A DNA stretch of 64,000 nt, taken from sequence record NC_052656.1; one strand, written 5' to 3'. The position numbers and the translations under genes are program-made. Every line of letters begins with the position of its first letter. Position 1 is the stretch's first letter. Below, one piece after another: positions 38,124 through 46,440 of the stretch. The notes under the pieces were generated by a model. It worked only from the letters and a program-made list of their open reading frames with translations, searched no databases and had not been told where the DNA came from. The stretch comes from Escherichia phage anhysbys.

Positions 38124-38472
38124 TGGAGGTAATATGTTTAGTAAAGAAATGAGAGAGGTGATCGCTACTCTGGTAGTTGATCATGGTGTTGAAGTTGAGC
38201 GTCACGTTTGGAAAGATGAGCCTCCTTTCTTTGATTTGGCATCACGGGCTAAAAGTCACATGTATCTCCTTGAAGATGATAAGGATTTTATTCTGCGTAT
38301 GCGTTATGATCGAGAGTTTAGAATTCCTCTTGACACAGATCCTGATGATGTAGTATTGTGGTTGGCAGAGCATTTCGCATTTAACGCTCTACATGGAAGA
38401 AGTTTTGGTAATGAACGTTGGGATACCATTTGTCGTAAACATAATATTGAACCAGAATACGGGAGTATGTAA
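38116..38472 (+). CDS. Hypothetical protein
   Basis: 118-aa ORF. Confidence 0.4.
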   Translation: MVNGGNMFSKEMREVIATLVVDHGVEVERHVWKDEPPFFDLASRAKSHMYLLEDDKDFILRMRYDREFRIPLDTDPDDVVLWLAEHFAFNALHGRSFGNERWDTICRKHNIEPEYGSM

Positions 38473-38723
38473 TGTTAAGCGTTAAGCCTAAGATGATCAG
38501 TGAAGACCAGAAAGATTTCATTTACAAGTGTGGACGAATCTGGAGAGAGTATACCAAGGGTAACGAGGTCGTGGTGGTTACTGAACACCAGATTGAAATC
38601 TCTGATCTTTTCGGTGATTATTTGCAAGTGATCAAATTAGGCATTGACAGAGGTTTGGTGCAGGTGTTAACATTATCCCAAGTTGAAGCAGAACACTTAG
38701 ACAAAATCATTGTCGAGTTCTAA
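38472..38723 (+). CDS. Hypothetical protein
   Basis: 83-aa ORF. Confidence 0.35.
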   Translation: MLSVKPKMISEDQKDFIYKCGRIWREYTKGNEVVVVTEHQIEISDLFGDYLQVIKLGIDRGLVQVLTLSQVEAEHLDKIIVEF

Positions 38724-38736
38724 GAGGAGAAAGAAT

Positions 38737-38901
38737 ATGATCTCTTTAGAATCAATAGCTTTTAAGAAAGGGTATACCGCAGGGTTCAAGTTTGGTATGT
38801 TTAATAAAGTAAATCCATATTGTCCAAAGACACACAAAAAGGAATTCGAAGAATGGGAAGATGGATTTTCTAAAGGCTATCAGGCAAAAGGTTGGTTGTA
38901 A
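38737..38901 (+). CDS. Hypothetical small protein
   Basis: RBS gaggagaaagaat ATG. Confidence 0.3.
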   Translation: MISLESIAFKKGYTAGFKFGMFNKVNPYCPKTHKKEFEEWEDGFSKGYQAKGWL

Positions 38902-38910
38902 GGAGAGAAT

Positions 38911-39075
38911 ATGATTTTAAACTTCATCATCAACTTGTGTTTGACATTGGGATTACTCTGTGCAATAGTATCCCCTCTGGTTGGTGAATATTGTTCTGAA
39001 CTGGCGATGTTTATAGTTCTTGGTGCGGCTATTGCTAATATGTTTGTCGCTGCGATTTGTATGTTGTGGGAATAG
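38911..39075 (+). CDS. Small membrane protein (54 aa, below ORF-track cutoff)
   Basis: RBS aaggagagaat ATG; hydrophobic. Confidence 0.3.
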   Translation: MILNFIINLCLTLGLLCAIVSPLVGEYCSELAMFIVLGAAIANMFVAAICMLWE

Positions 39076-39086
39076 GAGGGAAGTTT

Positions 39087-39443
39087 ATGAAAAAACTAAT
39101 CTTAGCCACATTGCTGGCTACCGTAAGCTTCACCACTTACGCTCAAAAATTTGTAGCAGTTAAAACGGATATTGGTAAAGATGTTGTGATCACAGGCAAC
39201 AAATTTTACTATACACCTGGAAATGGTGTTCTGGAAGAGTGCCAAGATGTTGAGGCATATACAGGAAAAGAAGATAACACGGAACGTCCTTTTTATTCGA
39301 TTATAGCTACTTGCAAAAATGAAATAGTAGCTATTAAACAATACAAAGATGCCCCTGGAGGAGAATACTTGTTAGTCAAGAATATTAAGAGTGAAAAAAC
39401 TGCAAAGTTTACAGTAATTATTTTAAAAGGAGAAACGTTCTAA
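39087..39443 (+). CDS. Secreted protein
   Basis: Signal peptide MKKLILATLLATVSFTTYA. Confidence 0.45.
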   Translation: MKKLILATLLATVSFTTYAQKFVAVKTDIGKDVVITGNKFYYTPGNGVLEECQDVEAYTGKEDNTERPFYSIIATCKNEIVAIKQYKDAPGGEYLLVKNIKSEKTAKFTVIILKGETF

Positions 39444-40582
39444 TGAAATACACTATTTTTGGAGATGTAGCTGTTGTAAATAAGGAATATGGCGTTGAAG
39501 CTAATAAACTTCCTGCTGGAGTTTGGGTTGTCAACTGCGATCCGCACGGTAACTACTCTTTAGTGCGTGGCGAAAGTTTCTCTCTTCCGAACACTCTTTA
39601 TGGGGAAACTAAAGATCGCGCCGCACATGTTATTAAAACATTTGCTCGTCGTAGTAAAGAAGGTAAAAATACTGGGGTGTTACTGACAGGGACAAAGGGC
39701 AGTGGTAAGACGATGTTAGCTAAACTGATTAGCATGTCCCTAATGTCCACAGAAGGTTTAGGTATTCCAACCATTTTGGTGACACAGCCTTACACAGATG
39801 CTGGATTCTTAGAATTTATGAGTAAAATTACAGATCGTGCTGTTGTTTTATTTGACGAATTTGATAAAGTGTACGCTAAGAAAGAAGATCAGGAAGCACT
39901 GTTGACCTTGTTGGATGGAACAGGAAGTGGGAATAAACTTTACATCCTAACTAAAAATAGTGGTTATATCTCGGAATATTTTGTAAACCGTCCTAGTCGT
40001 ATCTATTATAGTTTCAATTACGATAAACTGTCTAGTGAAACTATGTTAGATTACTTGGATAAGAACTTGGTAAATAAAAAACACGTAGATAACTTCCAAC
40101 GTTTATGGGATGTTAGCACAGAGTTGTCTTTCGATGTTATTCAAGGTATTGTAGAAGAATTGAATTTCTATCCAAAAATGACTTTTAAAGAATGTCTTGA
40201 AATGATGGGTATTTCTTTAGGCAACGATGCTAAATGGAATGTGGCTTCTATCGTAGCTAATGGCAAAACCTTGAAGGTGAATTGGATCAATAACTGGCAC
40301 GACTTCACCCCTACTAAGTTTTTGTCGGGTGCTTGTTCCCTGAACATATATCTGCAAAGCTTGAAAGATGATGAAGTGGAAGCAATGGAAACCAACAGTT
40401 ATGTTATCCTGGATGAAGATGGTGATCCACATATTGATCTATGTGCAACTGCTGATGGTCTAACTTGTGATCTGATTGAAGGTGGTAAGATTCTGGTGAT
40501 GAGCACCACACCAGGAAACACTCTGCGAGTGGTACTGGAGCCTGTAACACAACGTTCCACCACACTGGGTAGCGTGTTCTAA
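39443..40582 (+). CDS. AAA+/P-loop ATPase
   Basis: Walker A GTKGSGKTMLAKLI, Walker B VVLFDEFDKV. Confidence 0.55.
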   Translation: MKYTIFGDVAVVNKEYGVEANKLPAGVWVVNCDPHGNYSLVRGESFSLPNTLYGETKDRAAHVIKTFARRSKEGKNTGVLLTGTKGSGKTMLAKLISMSLMSTEGLGIPTILVTQPYTDAGFLEFMSKITDRAVVLFDEFDKVYAKKEDQEALLTLLDGTGSGNKLYILTKNSGYISEYFVNRPSRIYYSFNYDKLSSETMLDYLDKNLVNKKHVDNFQRLWDVSTELSFDVIQGIVEELNFYPKMTFKECLEMMGISLGNDAKWNVASIVANGKTLKVNWINNWHDFTPTKFLSGACSLNIYLQSLKDDEVEAMETNSYVILDEDGDPHIDLCATADGLTCDLIEGGKILVMSTTPGNTLRVVLEPVTQRSTTLGSVF

Positions 40583-40587
40583 TAAAG

Positions 40588-40610
40588 ATGCCCCACAAGG
40601 GGCATTTCTT
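40588..40610 (+). terminator. Rho-independent terminator
   Basis: atgcccc-acaa-ggggcat then ttctt. Confidence 0.5.
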
Positions 40611-40623
40611 ATAGGATGAAATC

Positions 40624-41832
40624 ATGAGTAAAGCTAAAAGTTGGGAAGAATATAAAGCAGAATGCGAGATCATAGCTCTCTCTAAAGGATATAAAATTTT
40701 AGGCCATAAAGAATGGAAAGGGTGTGAGACTAAACTCCTGATAGAATGTCCTGTGCACGGTGTATGGGATACTTGTAAAATAGCTAACTTTAAAAGTGGG
40801 AAGTCTTGCCCTTCTTGTGGTGAATTAACAAAAAGGGAGAAGAGAACGAAGAGCAGGGAGGACCAAGAGAAAGAGTGTGAAGAAGAAGCGTTAAAAAGAG
40901 GTTGGCGCTTCTTGGGTATCTACGGAGAATGGCTCAAAGCTAAAAAGACACGAGTAATCTTACGTTGTGACAGGGGTCACGAGTTTAACACATCTACCAT
41001 AGACAACTTTAAGAATAATAAACAAGGTTGTCCAGTTTGTCGTTTAGAGGATATAGGTAAACACCATAAGCTTTCAGACGATCAGCACATACAAGATTTC
41101 ATGCGTACGGGTGTGTTTCCCGAAGGCACTACCTTCACTAATACAGGGGAAAGAGCTGGGAGGAGCGAAATACTTTGGAGTGTATTTTGCCCTATCTGTG
41201 CTATAGATGAGTTTTCCAAAGCTGGGGTAGGAACGGGATATTTTATCGGTAGAGGTAGTTCATTAAAACAGGGTATGCGCCCTTGTCGTTGTTCTGCCAG
41301 TTACAAATATTCTGAAGAAGAGATGACATTTAGAGCAAAAAGTGACGTAGAACGTAGAGGGTACGTGTGGTTGGGGTGGATCGGGAAAGCTTCTATACTT
41401 GGGGATTTTGAATATGGTTGCAAGGATCATGGGAAACATGTGTGTAGTGCTAATAATTGGTTAAATAAGGGGTGTGGTTGCCCTGGTTGTGCAGGTATGA
41501 ATCAACAACAAGCCTACATTAATTATATTTACGATGAGCAAGATATTATCTGTGCACTGAAGTTTGGTATTGCTAATAATAGTGATCGCCGTATCAAAGA
41601 ACAAAATAGTCGTAATGTGTTTACTATGAAACAGAACCAAGTGTGGCACTTCCCTACTGTGAAGCAATGCAAAGATGCAGAGAAGCGTTGTAAACGTGTC
41701 CTTAACACGGAAGCGGTGAGCAAATATGCTATGCCAGATGGCTACACAGAAACAGTAGAGTTATCTTGCATGGCCTCAATACAAAACATTTATAAACTTT
41801 ATGGTGGAATATTACAGGAGGAAACATGTTAG
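40624..41832 (+). CDS. Multi-zinc-ribbon protein with C-terminal T5orf172/GIY-YIG-like domain
   Basis: Four C..H/C ... CPxC modules; C-terminal YINYIYDE...KFGIANNSDRRIKEQ. Confidence 0.4.
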   Translation: MSKAKSWEEYKAECEIIALSKGYKILGHKEWKGCETKLLIECPVHGVWDTCKIANFKSGKSCPSCGELTKREKRTKSREDQEKECEEEALKRGWRFLGIYGEWLKAKKTRVILRCDRGHEFNTSTIDNFKNNKQGCPVCRLEDIGKHHKLSDDQHIQDFMRTGVFPEGTTFTNTGERAGRSEILWSVFCPICAIDEFSKAGVGTGYFIGRGSSLKQGMRPCRCSASYKYSEEEMTFRAKSDVERRGYVWLGWIGKASILGDFEYGCKDHGKHVCSANNWLNKGCGCPGCAGMNQQQAYINYIYDEQDIICALKFGIANNSDRRIKEQNSRNVFTMKQNQVWHFPTVKQCKDAEKRCKRVLNTEAVSKYAMPDGYTETVELSCMASIQNIYKLYGGILQEETC

Positions 41833-42191
41833 TTGACGTTCAAATTATGCGCAACGAAAGAATGGACTTCTTTGAAGCAGTAGAGAAACATCTGATTCGA
41901 TGGGACTATGAATTTGTTCCTGCTGGATGTGGACCAGTAGAGCATTTAGCGGAAGACGATGATGTATACATGATCATTCGTCAAGTGTACCAGACAGACC
42001 AGTGTGAAGAAACTCCTGAACTAATTTTGTTTGAGTGCAAAGATCTTGCAAAATATTTTGACTATGGCGGAAAAGAGGGTCATAATCTCTCCAGATACAA
42101 TAAACGTCTACTTATCTTAGACTACATGCGGAACAACAAACACAAACTCATCGACGCAGACGCAGTTTATGGCTACTGGTGGATGGATTAA
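41826..42191 (+). CDS. Hypothetical protein
   Basis: 121-aa ORF. Confidence 0.4.
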   Translation: MLVDVQIMRNERMDFFEAVEKHLIRWDYEFVPAGCGPVEHLAEDDDVYMIIRQVYQTDQCEETPELILFECKDLAKYFDYGGKEGHNLSRYNKRLLILDYMRNNKHKLIDADAVYGYWWMD

Positions 42192-42204
42192 CAAAGGAGA
42201 AACT

Positions 42205-42393
42205 ATGGCACGTTTAGCAGATAACCCTGTATTCTACCCCGTTCTTGATCTTTATGATGAATTGACATATGTTGTGGAGCGGTATAATTACAATGAAGAC
42301 CTCTTGGAGACAAACCTTAAAGTAGTTCTGATGAAAGCCTATCAGCAAGGGCAACGTGAAATTTTGGAGAGTATGAAAAATGCGAATAACTGA
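42205..42393 (+). CDS. Hypothetical small protein
   Basis: RBS aaaggagaaact ATG. Confidence 0.35.
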   Translation: MARLADNPVFYPVLDLYDELTYVVERYNYNEDLLETNLKVVLMKAYQQGQREILESMKNANN

Positions 42394-42922
42394 TGAATAT
42401 GTATTCTTCTTTTCACATAAAGATGTGTTTAGTAATTGGTATATTGCACCCTTTACAGAAACCGAACCAGGTTACAATCAGACATTTAATTGTGTCGAAC
42501 AATACATGATGTGGCGTAAAGCTTTGCTTTTTAATGATCACAACACTGCACAGGCTATTCTGACTCATAGTTTGATACGGAAAGATGAGAAGATCCAAGC
42601 TTATTACAAACGTATGGGTAGGGCAGTGTCAGATTTTGATAACAACGTATGGGAAGAGAACCGTGAGCGTATTGTTATGCGAGGTTTATGCTTGAAATAT
42701 GTACAGAATCCAGATTTGTATGCAGACTTACACCTTTACCAATACAAAACGTTTGTTGAAGCAAGTCCTTACGATAAGGTTTACGGTATTGGAATGGGAA
42801 TGTATGAACCAGGGGTGCTAAATCCGGTCAACTGGAAAGGGCAAAATCTTTTAGGTAAATATCATAACAAACTGATCGAAATACTTTTCCCAGACAAAAT
42901 ACCGCAGAGACGATATTTGTGA
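42380..42922 (+). CDS. NADAR-domain protein (YbiA-like)
   Basis: VFFFSHKDVFSNW, CVEQYMMWRKA, DKVYGIGMG, GQNLLG align with the E. coli YbiA pattern. Confidence 0.6.
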   Translation: MRITDEYVFFFSHKDVFSNWYIAPFTETEPGYNQTFNCVEQYMMWRKALLFNDHNTAQAILTHSLIRKDEKIQAYYKRMGRAVSDFDNNVWEENRERIVMRGLCLKYVQNPDLYADLHLYQYKTFVEASPYDKVYGIGMGMYEPGVLNPVNWKGQNLLGKYHNKLIEILFPDKIPQRRYL

Positions 42923-42976
42923 TATTTTAACTTTTTTCATTTTTAGAACAAAGGCGTCACTTTGTAGCACAGAAAT

Positions 42977-43011
42977 AAGGCTCCTACAGCACCGTAGAGA
43001 GCCTATTATTT
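42977..43011 (+). terminator. Terminator after the NADAR gene
   Basis: aggctcctac...gtagagagcct stem then attattttg. Confidence 0.45.
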
Positions 43012-43162
43012 TGTCCTATACAAACCCTTGTCTTTTTCAGTTTGCATCACTAGGATTCGATCTGAGTGGGTTCCTGAAGGTCTGCCAATAAGATTAAAGG
43101 TTATCTCAAATTCCCATTACCTATTATCTCAAAAATCCCTCAAATTATTTAAACTTTTTAAG

Positions 43163-43350
43163 AATTTACAAAAGTGAAAGTTGAAAACCAAAATTTAAAG
43201 TTTAGGAAAATTATCTTAAAATGTTAGATACAAAACAAAACTCAAAAGTCAAGGAAAATTTTAAAAATTTTGCGCGCCCACAGTATTTAAAGTTTTTTTG
43301 CTTTTACAAAAATGAAAGTACAAAAGCAAAATTTAAAGTTTACAAAAATT
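43163..43350. repeat. AT-rich direct repeats (about 45 bp, two full copies plus one partial)
   Basis: ttacaaaagtgaaagttgaaaaccaaaatttaaagtttaggaaaatt vs ttacaaaaatgaaagtacaaaagcaaaatttaaagtttacaaaaatt. Confidence 0.6.
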
Positions 43351-43390
43351 TATGCAGATGGGGATGAGAAGAGTTCTCATGTGGAAATGC

Positions 43391-43469
43391 AAATGATAAT
43401 GATTCGCATTTAGGTTTATAAATGAGAATGATTCTTATTTAATAAAGTAAATGATAATCATTCTCATTT
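43391..43469. promoter_or_regulatory. Three Fur-box-like palindromes at 29-bp spacing
   Basis: aaatgataatgattcgcattt / aaatgagaatgattcttattt / aaatgataatcattctcattt; core AATGATAATCATT identical to the Fur box consensus GATAATGATAATCATTATC. Confidence 0.45.
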
Positions 43470-43727
43470 AGAGAATGACGCGCAGGGGCGGTGTTTGTCT
43501 CGCGCTCCCGTGTCCCCTCGCCATGTAATAAGAATAACAGATCCAACCAGGAAAGCAAGCGATTATTTTATCTTTACATTTCTTTACGAATATATAGCGC
43601 CCAGCCTACCGGCGATCAACCTTCCAACCAGTGCCCCTGGTATGTTAGCCCCGCCTTTACGCCGTGGGGTGGCGCTTCCTCTTCTGTATGTAAAACAGTA
43701 TAAGCCCTATCCCTGGGCTTGTCAAGA

Positions 43728-43994
43728 TTATTTTTTGTTTTCTTGCCAGGTCAGGACACCTAGCCAAAAATGAATATCACCTTTTCCCCAATGTGGTATA
43801 TTGCTTTCTTTCCCACCTTCACGCGCCCAGGTAAAACCGCCCGTGTAACTTTGTAATTGATAACTATCCTCGACCTTATAATCTGATAGGTTGAGAACGG
43901 TTTCAACCTTTAAGCCCGTTGCGCTTGCTACCTGGTGTACCGTGCCGCCTTGCCAGCCCAATGAGTGCATAAGGTGTAATGTAGTAGTTGTCAT
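43728..43994 (-). CDS. Hypothetical protein, isolated minus-strand gene in GC-richer segment
   Basis: 88-aa ORF. Confidence 0.35.
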   Translation of the reverse strand: MTTTTLHLMHSLGWQGGTVHQVASATGLKVETVLNLSDYKVEDSYQLQSYTGGFTWAREGGKESNIPHWGKGDIHFWLGVLTWQENKK

Positions 43995-44103
43995 GGTATC
44001 GCCCTTTCTTTGTTGTGCGCCCTGGTTGGCGCGGTAGAAAGATGATAGCCTTTTCCTTTATATATAGCAAGCAAAAAGAAAATAAAAAAGATTGAAAAAG
44101 TGG

Positions 44104-44132
44104 TTGACGTTCCTCACCTGGTAGCGTAGTAT
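44104..44132 (+). promoter_or_regulatory. Sigma70-like promoter TTGACG-17-TAGTAT
   Basis: Upstream of 44268 gene. Confidence 0.4.
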
Positions 44133-44267
44133 TCATCTTGTCGAGGGGGGCGCGGCACAACGACAATAAACAACAGGAGGGCGCAATGTAGGACGGGCAA
44201 AGGTGAGGATCTCCATAATCCACCGTCAACCAACAAAAAACATCATTCATCACCTGGAGTTAAAATC

Positions 44268-44465
44268 ATGGCAACATTGCACATAGTAGCGAAAGCAGGA
44301 CAAATCAGCGTCGTGGTAAACGGTTTTACTGAGTTCAGTCATCCCCAGGATGATCATGAAACGGTTTTATCTTTCATTGATTCCCTGTTAGAAATGGGAG
44401 TCATTACAGAAGACCAGCACGCTACAAAGTGCAAGCGCGTTAATCAAATTGCAGGGATAGAATAA
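44268..44465 (+). CDS. Hypothetical small protein (array gene)
   Basis: 65-aa ORF. Confidence 0.45.
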   Translation: MATLHIVAKAGQISVVVNGFTEFSHPQDDHETVLSFIDSLLEMGVITEDQHATKCKRVNQIAGIE

Positions 44466-44471
44466 AAAGTA

Positions 44472-44530
44472 TTGACAACAAACAACAACCTGATAAGATG
44501 TATCACATAGGGCGGGAAGTGGTTTCCCGC
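44472..44530 (+). promoter_or_regulatory. Promoter-stem-loop cassette
   Basis: TTGACA, TGaTAAGAT extended -10, hairpin gcgggaa-gtggt-ttcccgc. Confidence 0.6.
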
Positions 44531-44555
44531 TCGTAACAGAAGAGAGATTATCATC

Positions 44556-44828
44556 ATGGCATCATATAGCGCAACAATGATCGTAGCTGGCACAACTGGT
44601 AAACCTATGAGCGGTGGCGGATCTTTCGCTAATATCAACATTGACGGGCGTTTATCCCTGGACGCAGCGATCACCGTGGCGCGGGAAACATTTAAGAAAG
44701 AATGTAAATTCAATAAACAAGATTATCTCGGTTTCGCTATTGAAAAAACCGCGCGTTTTGTTGATTATAAAAGCCCAAAAATGGTTGATACTACACTAAA
44801 AGCGCAAGATGTAGCGTTTTTGCTTTAA
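44556..44828 (+). CDS. Hypothetical small protein (array gene)
   Basis: 90-aa ORF after cassette and RBS. Confidence 0.5.
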   Translation: MASYSATMIVAGTTGKPMSGGGSFANINIDGRLSLDAAITVARETFKKECKFNKQDYLGFAIEKTARFVDYKSPKMVDTTLKAQDVAFLL

Positions 44829-44831
44829 GGC

Positions 44832-44886
44832 TTGACATTAACGAATAATTTGTTAATATGTTACATAAAGCGGGAATAGTTCCCGC
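44832..44886 (+). promoter_or_regulatory. Promoter-stem-loop cassette
   Basis: TTGACA, TAATAT, hairpin gcgggaa-tag-ttcccgc. Confidence 0.55.
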
Positions 44887-44904
44887 TATTTGTAAGGTGG
44901 TAGA

Positions 44905-45162
44905 ATGTTTTACATCAAATTAAAAGGTCACGTGATCGCGTTCAAAGATAACGCTTTTTACAGATTAGCAAAATATGCGTTAATACATCCCCACTATGTT
45001 TATATAAGGGGGCGTGATGAAATAAATATCTTTGATCAAACAACATGCGAGAACATCGAGATCCGCAAGGTTGGCGTACGTGATTATCGTACATCTTTCT
45101 ACCCTTGCAAGGATTCAGCAAGTCTTTTTAAAGTATGCCAATTGTTGAAAAAAGGTGGTTAA
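44905..45162 (+). CDS. Hypothetical small protein (array gene)
   Basis: 85-aa ORF. Confidence 0.5.
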   Translation: MFYIKLKGHVIAFKDNAFYRLAKYALIHPHYVYIRGRDEINIFDQTTCENIEIRKVGVRDYRTSFYPCKDSASLFKVCQLLKKGG

Positions 45163-45163
45163 T

Positions 45164-45721
45164 ATGGGCCGCGAATATGTGATCCAGTCTTGGGTAAAAC
45201 ATGAAGCAGATGATCCGCGCATCGTTCCCGATCATCTTATCGATGAATCCACGGGATATAGCGGTGAGCAAATAGGTAACAGATTAGCACGTAGTAACGG
45301 CAACGTAAAAGCGCGTTATGTGCGCCCTGGTTGGCTGGCAAATGGTAACGCTGATTTATCCAGTGCGGAAGATGCGAGCGACGGCGCGAAAGATAATCCT
45401 TTGTACAAAATTGATCCGGCTTTTCGTGTCCTGGATGAATACCCCAGCAAGATAGCGGCGCTTGATGAAGCTCTGGAAAGTAAGCGCATCACCTGGACCG
45501 CTTACAACATGGCAAAAAACGTACTTGATGGTAAATTGATTCAAGCCGAAAGAAAATTAGCCAAAATTGCAGCCATAGCCCAGGAGGAAGACGAGGAGAC
45601 AACGGAAGAGGAAGAGTACGAAGAGATCCCGCCGTTGTTGTGTGTTGATGCTTTTCCTGATTATCAGCCGACAGAGGAAGAAAAAAGGATCGCACTAGAA
45701 AACTTTGAAAATAGTCTTTGA
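45164..45721 (+). CDS. Hypothetical protein with highly acidic C-terminal region
   Basis: EEDEETTEEEEYEEIPPLL ... EEEK. Confidence 0.5.
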   Translation: MGREYVIQSWVKHEADDPRIVPDHLIDESTGYSGEQIGNRLARSNGNVKARYVRPGWLANGNADLSSAEDASDGAKDNPLYKIDPAFRVLDEYPSKIAALDEALESKRITWTAYNMAKNVLDGKLIQAERKLAKIAAIAQEEDEETTEEEEYEEIPPLLCVDAFPDYQPTEEEKRIALENFENSL

Positions 45722-45774
45722 CATATCGCCGCCACTGGCATAATATTTACCACGTAGGGCGGCAATGGTGCCGC
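45718..45774 (+). promoter_or_regulatory. Promoter-stem-loop cassette
   Basis: TTGACA-17-TAATAT, hairpin gcggca-atgg-tgccgc. Confidence 0.6.
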
Positions 45775-45803
45775 TCATAGTGAAATTATGCAAGAGGTTT
45801 ACA

Positions 45804-45899
45804 ATGATTAATAAAGAAAATAGCTTGACGGTTGGAACGATTAACGCTATCATTTTCGCCGTTCCATTTTGGGTTGTAGTAGCGGCTATTATTTTCTAA
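45804..45899 (+). CDS. Small hydrophobic peptide (31 aa)
   Basis: RBS caagaggtttaca ATG; own cassette. Confidence 0.35.
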   Translation: MINKENSLTVGTINAIIFAVPFWVVVAAIIF

Positions 45900-45908
45900 A
45901 AAATATTC

Positions 45909-45969
45909 TTGACAACGTTTTTTAATCTGATAAGATGTATCACATAGGGCGGCGGAATACTTCCCCGCC
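45909..45969 (+). promoter_or_regulatory. Promoter-stem-loop cassette
   Basis: TTGACA-16-TAAGAT, hairpin ggcggcggaa-tac-ttccccgcc. Confidence 0.55.
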
Positions 45970-45989
45970 AAAACAAAAAGGGTAACACA

Positions 45990-46352
45990 ATGAGCAAGCA
46001 AATTAATACTATCATGTTTAATCTGGTATCTTTCCGCGACGATATGAAAAATTTACCACGTGAAACGGTTGATATTCATGTTTCAGCTTATCGCGCCCTT
46101 ATTGACATGTTACCGCTAAAACGTGATCAATATGCCGCTAACACGATGCTTAATGCTATGCTTAAAAAGATGATTCAAACGGATCTCACCCTAGCGTATG
46201 AGTATCAAGGGCGCTTATATGCAACTTATAACAAGGCGGTACCTGGTCTGGGAAGTACCGAAGAGTTGCACGGCTTAAACCTGGATCAAAACACTTGGGA
46301 TAGTATGCGCCGCGTTATGGTATGGGCCGAAAGCGGTAAAATTTACGAATAA
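45990..46352 (+). CDS. Hypothetical protein (array gene)
   Basis: 120-aa ORF. Confidence 0.5.
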   Translation: MSKQINTIMFNLVSFRDDMKNLPRETVDIHVSAYRALIDMLPLKRDQYAANTMLNAMLKKMIQTDLTLAYEYQGRLYATYNKAVPGLGSTEELHGLNLDQNTWDSMRRVMVWAESGKIYE

Positions 46353-46358
46353 AAACGG

Positions 46359-46417
46359 TTGACACTGTTTAAACTTCTGGTATAGTTTACCACATAGGGC
46401 GGGAAGTGGTTTCCCGC
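46359..46417 (+). promoter_or_regulatory. Promoter-stem-loop cassette
   Basis: TTGACA-16-TATAGT (TGg extension), hairpin gcgggaa-gtggt-ttcccgc. Confidence 0.6.
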
Positions 46418-46440
46418 CAACAATGAAAAAGGTTATCATC

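Noticed and set aside
43391-43469. Regularly spaced repeats considered as a possible CRISPR array
   Set aside because: Only three AT-rich 21-bp palindromic units with 8-bp gaps, no spacer-like unique sequences and no cas genes; better explained as operator or Fur-box-like sites.
43595-43682. GC-rich stretch with partial terminal complementarity (gcgccca ... gtggcgc) considered as a tRNA
   Set aside because: Could not fold a cloverleaf; no T-loop or anticodon arm pattern on either strand.
43491-43773. Plus-strand ORFs of 70 and 92 aa in the GC-rich segment
   Set aside because: No RBS, non-ATG starts, Pro/Ser-rich composition; retained only as a possible non-coding element.
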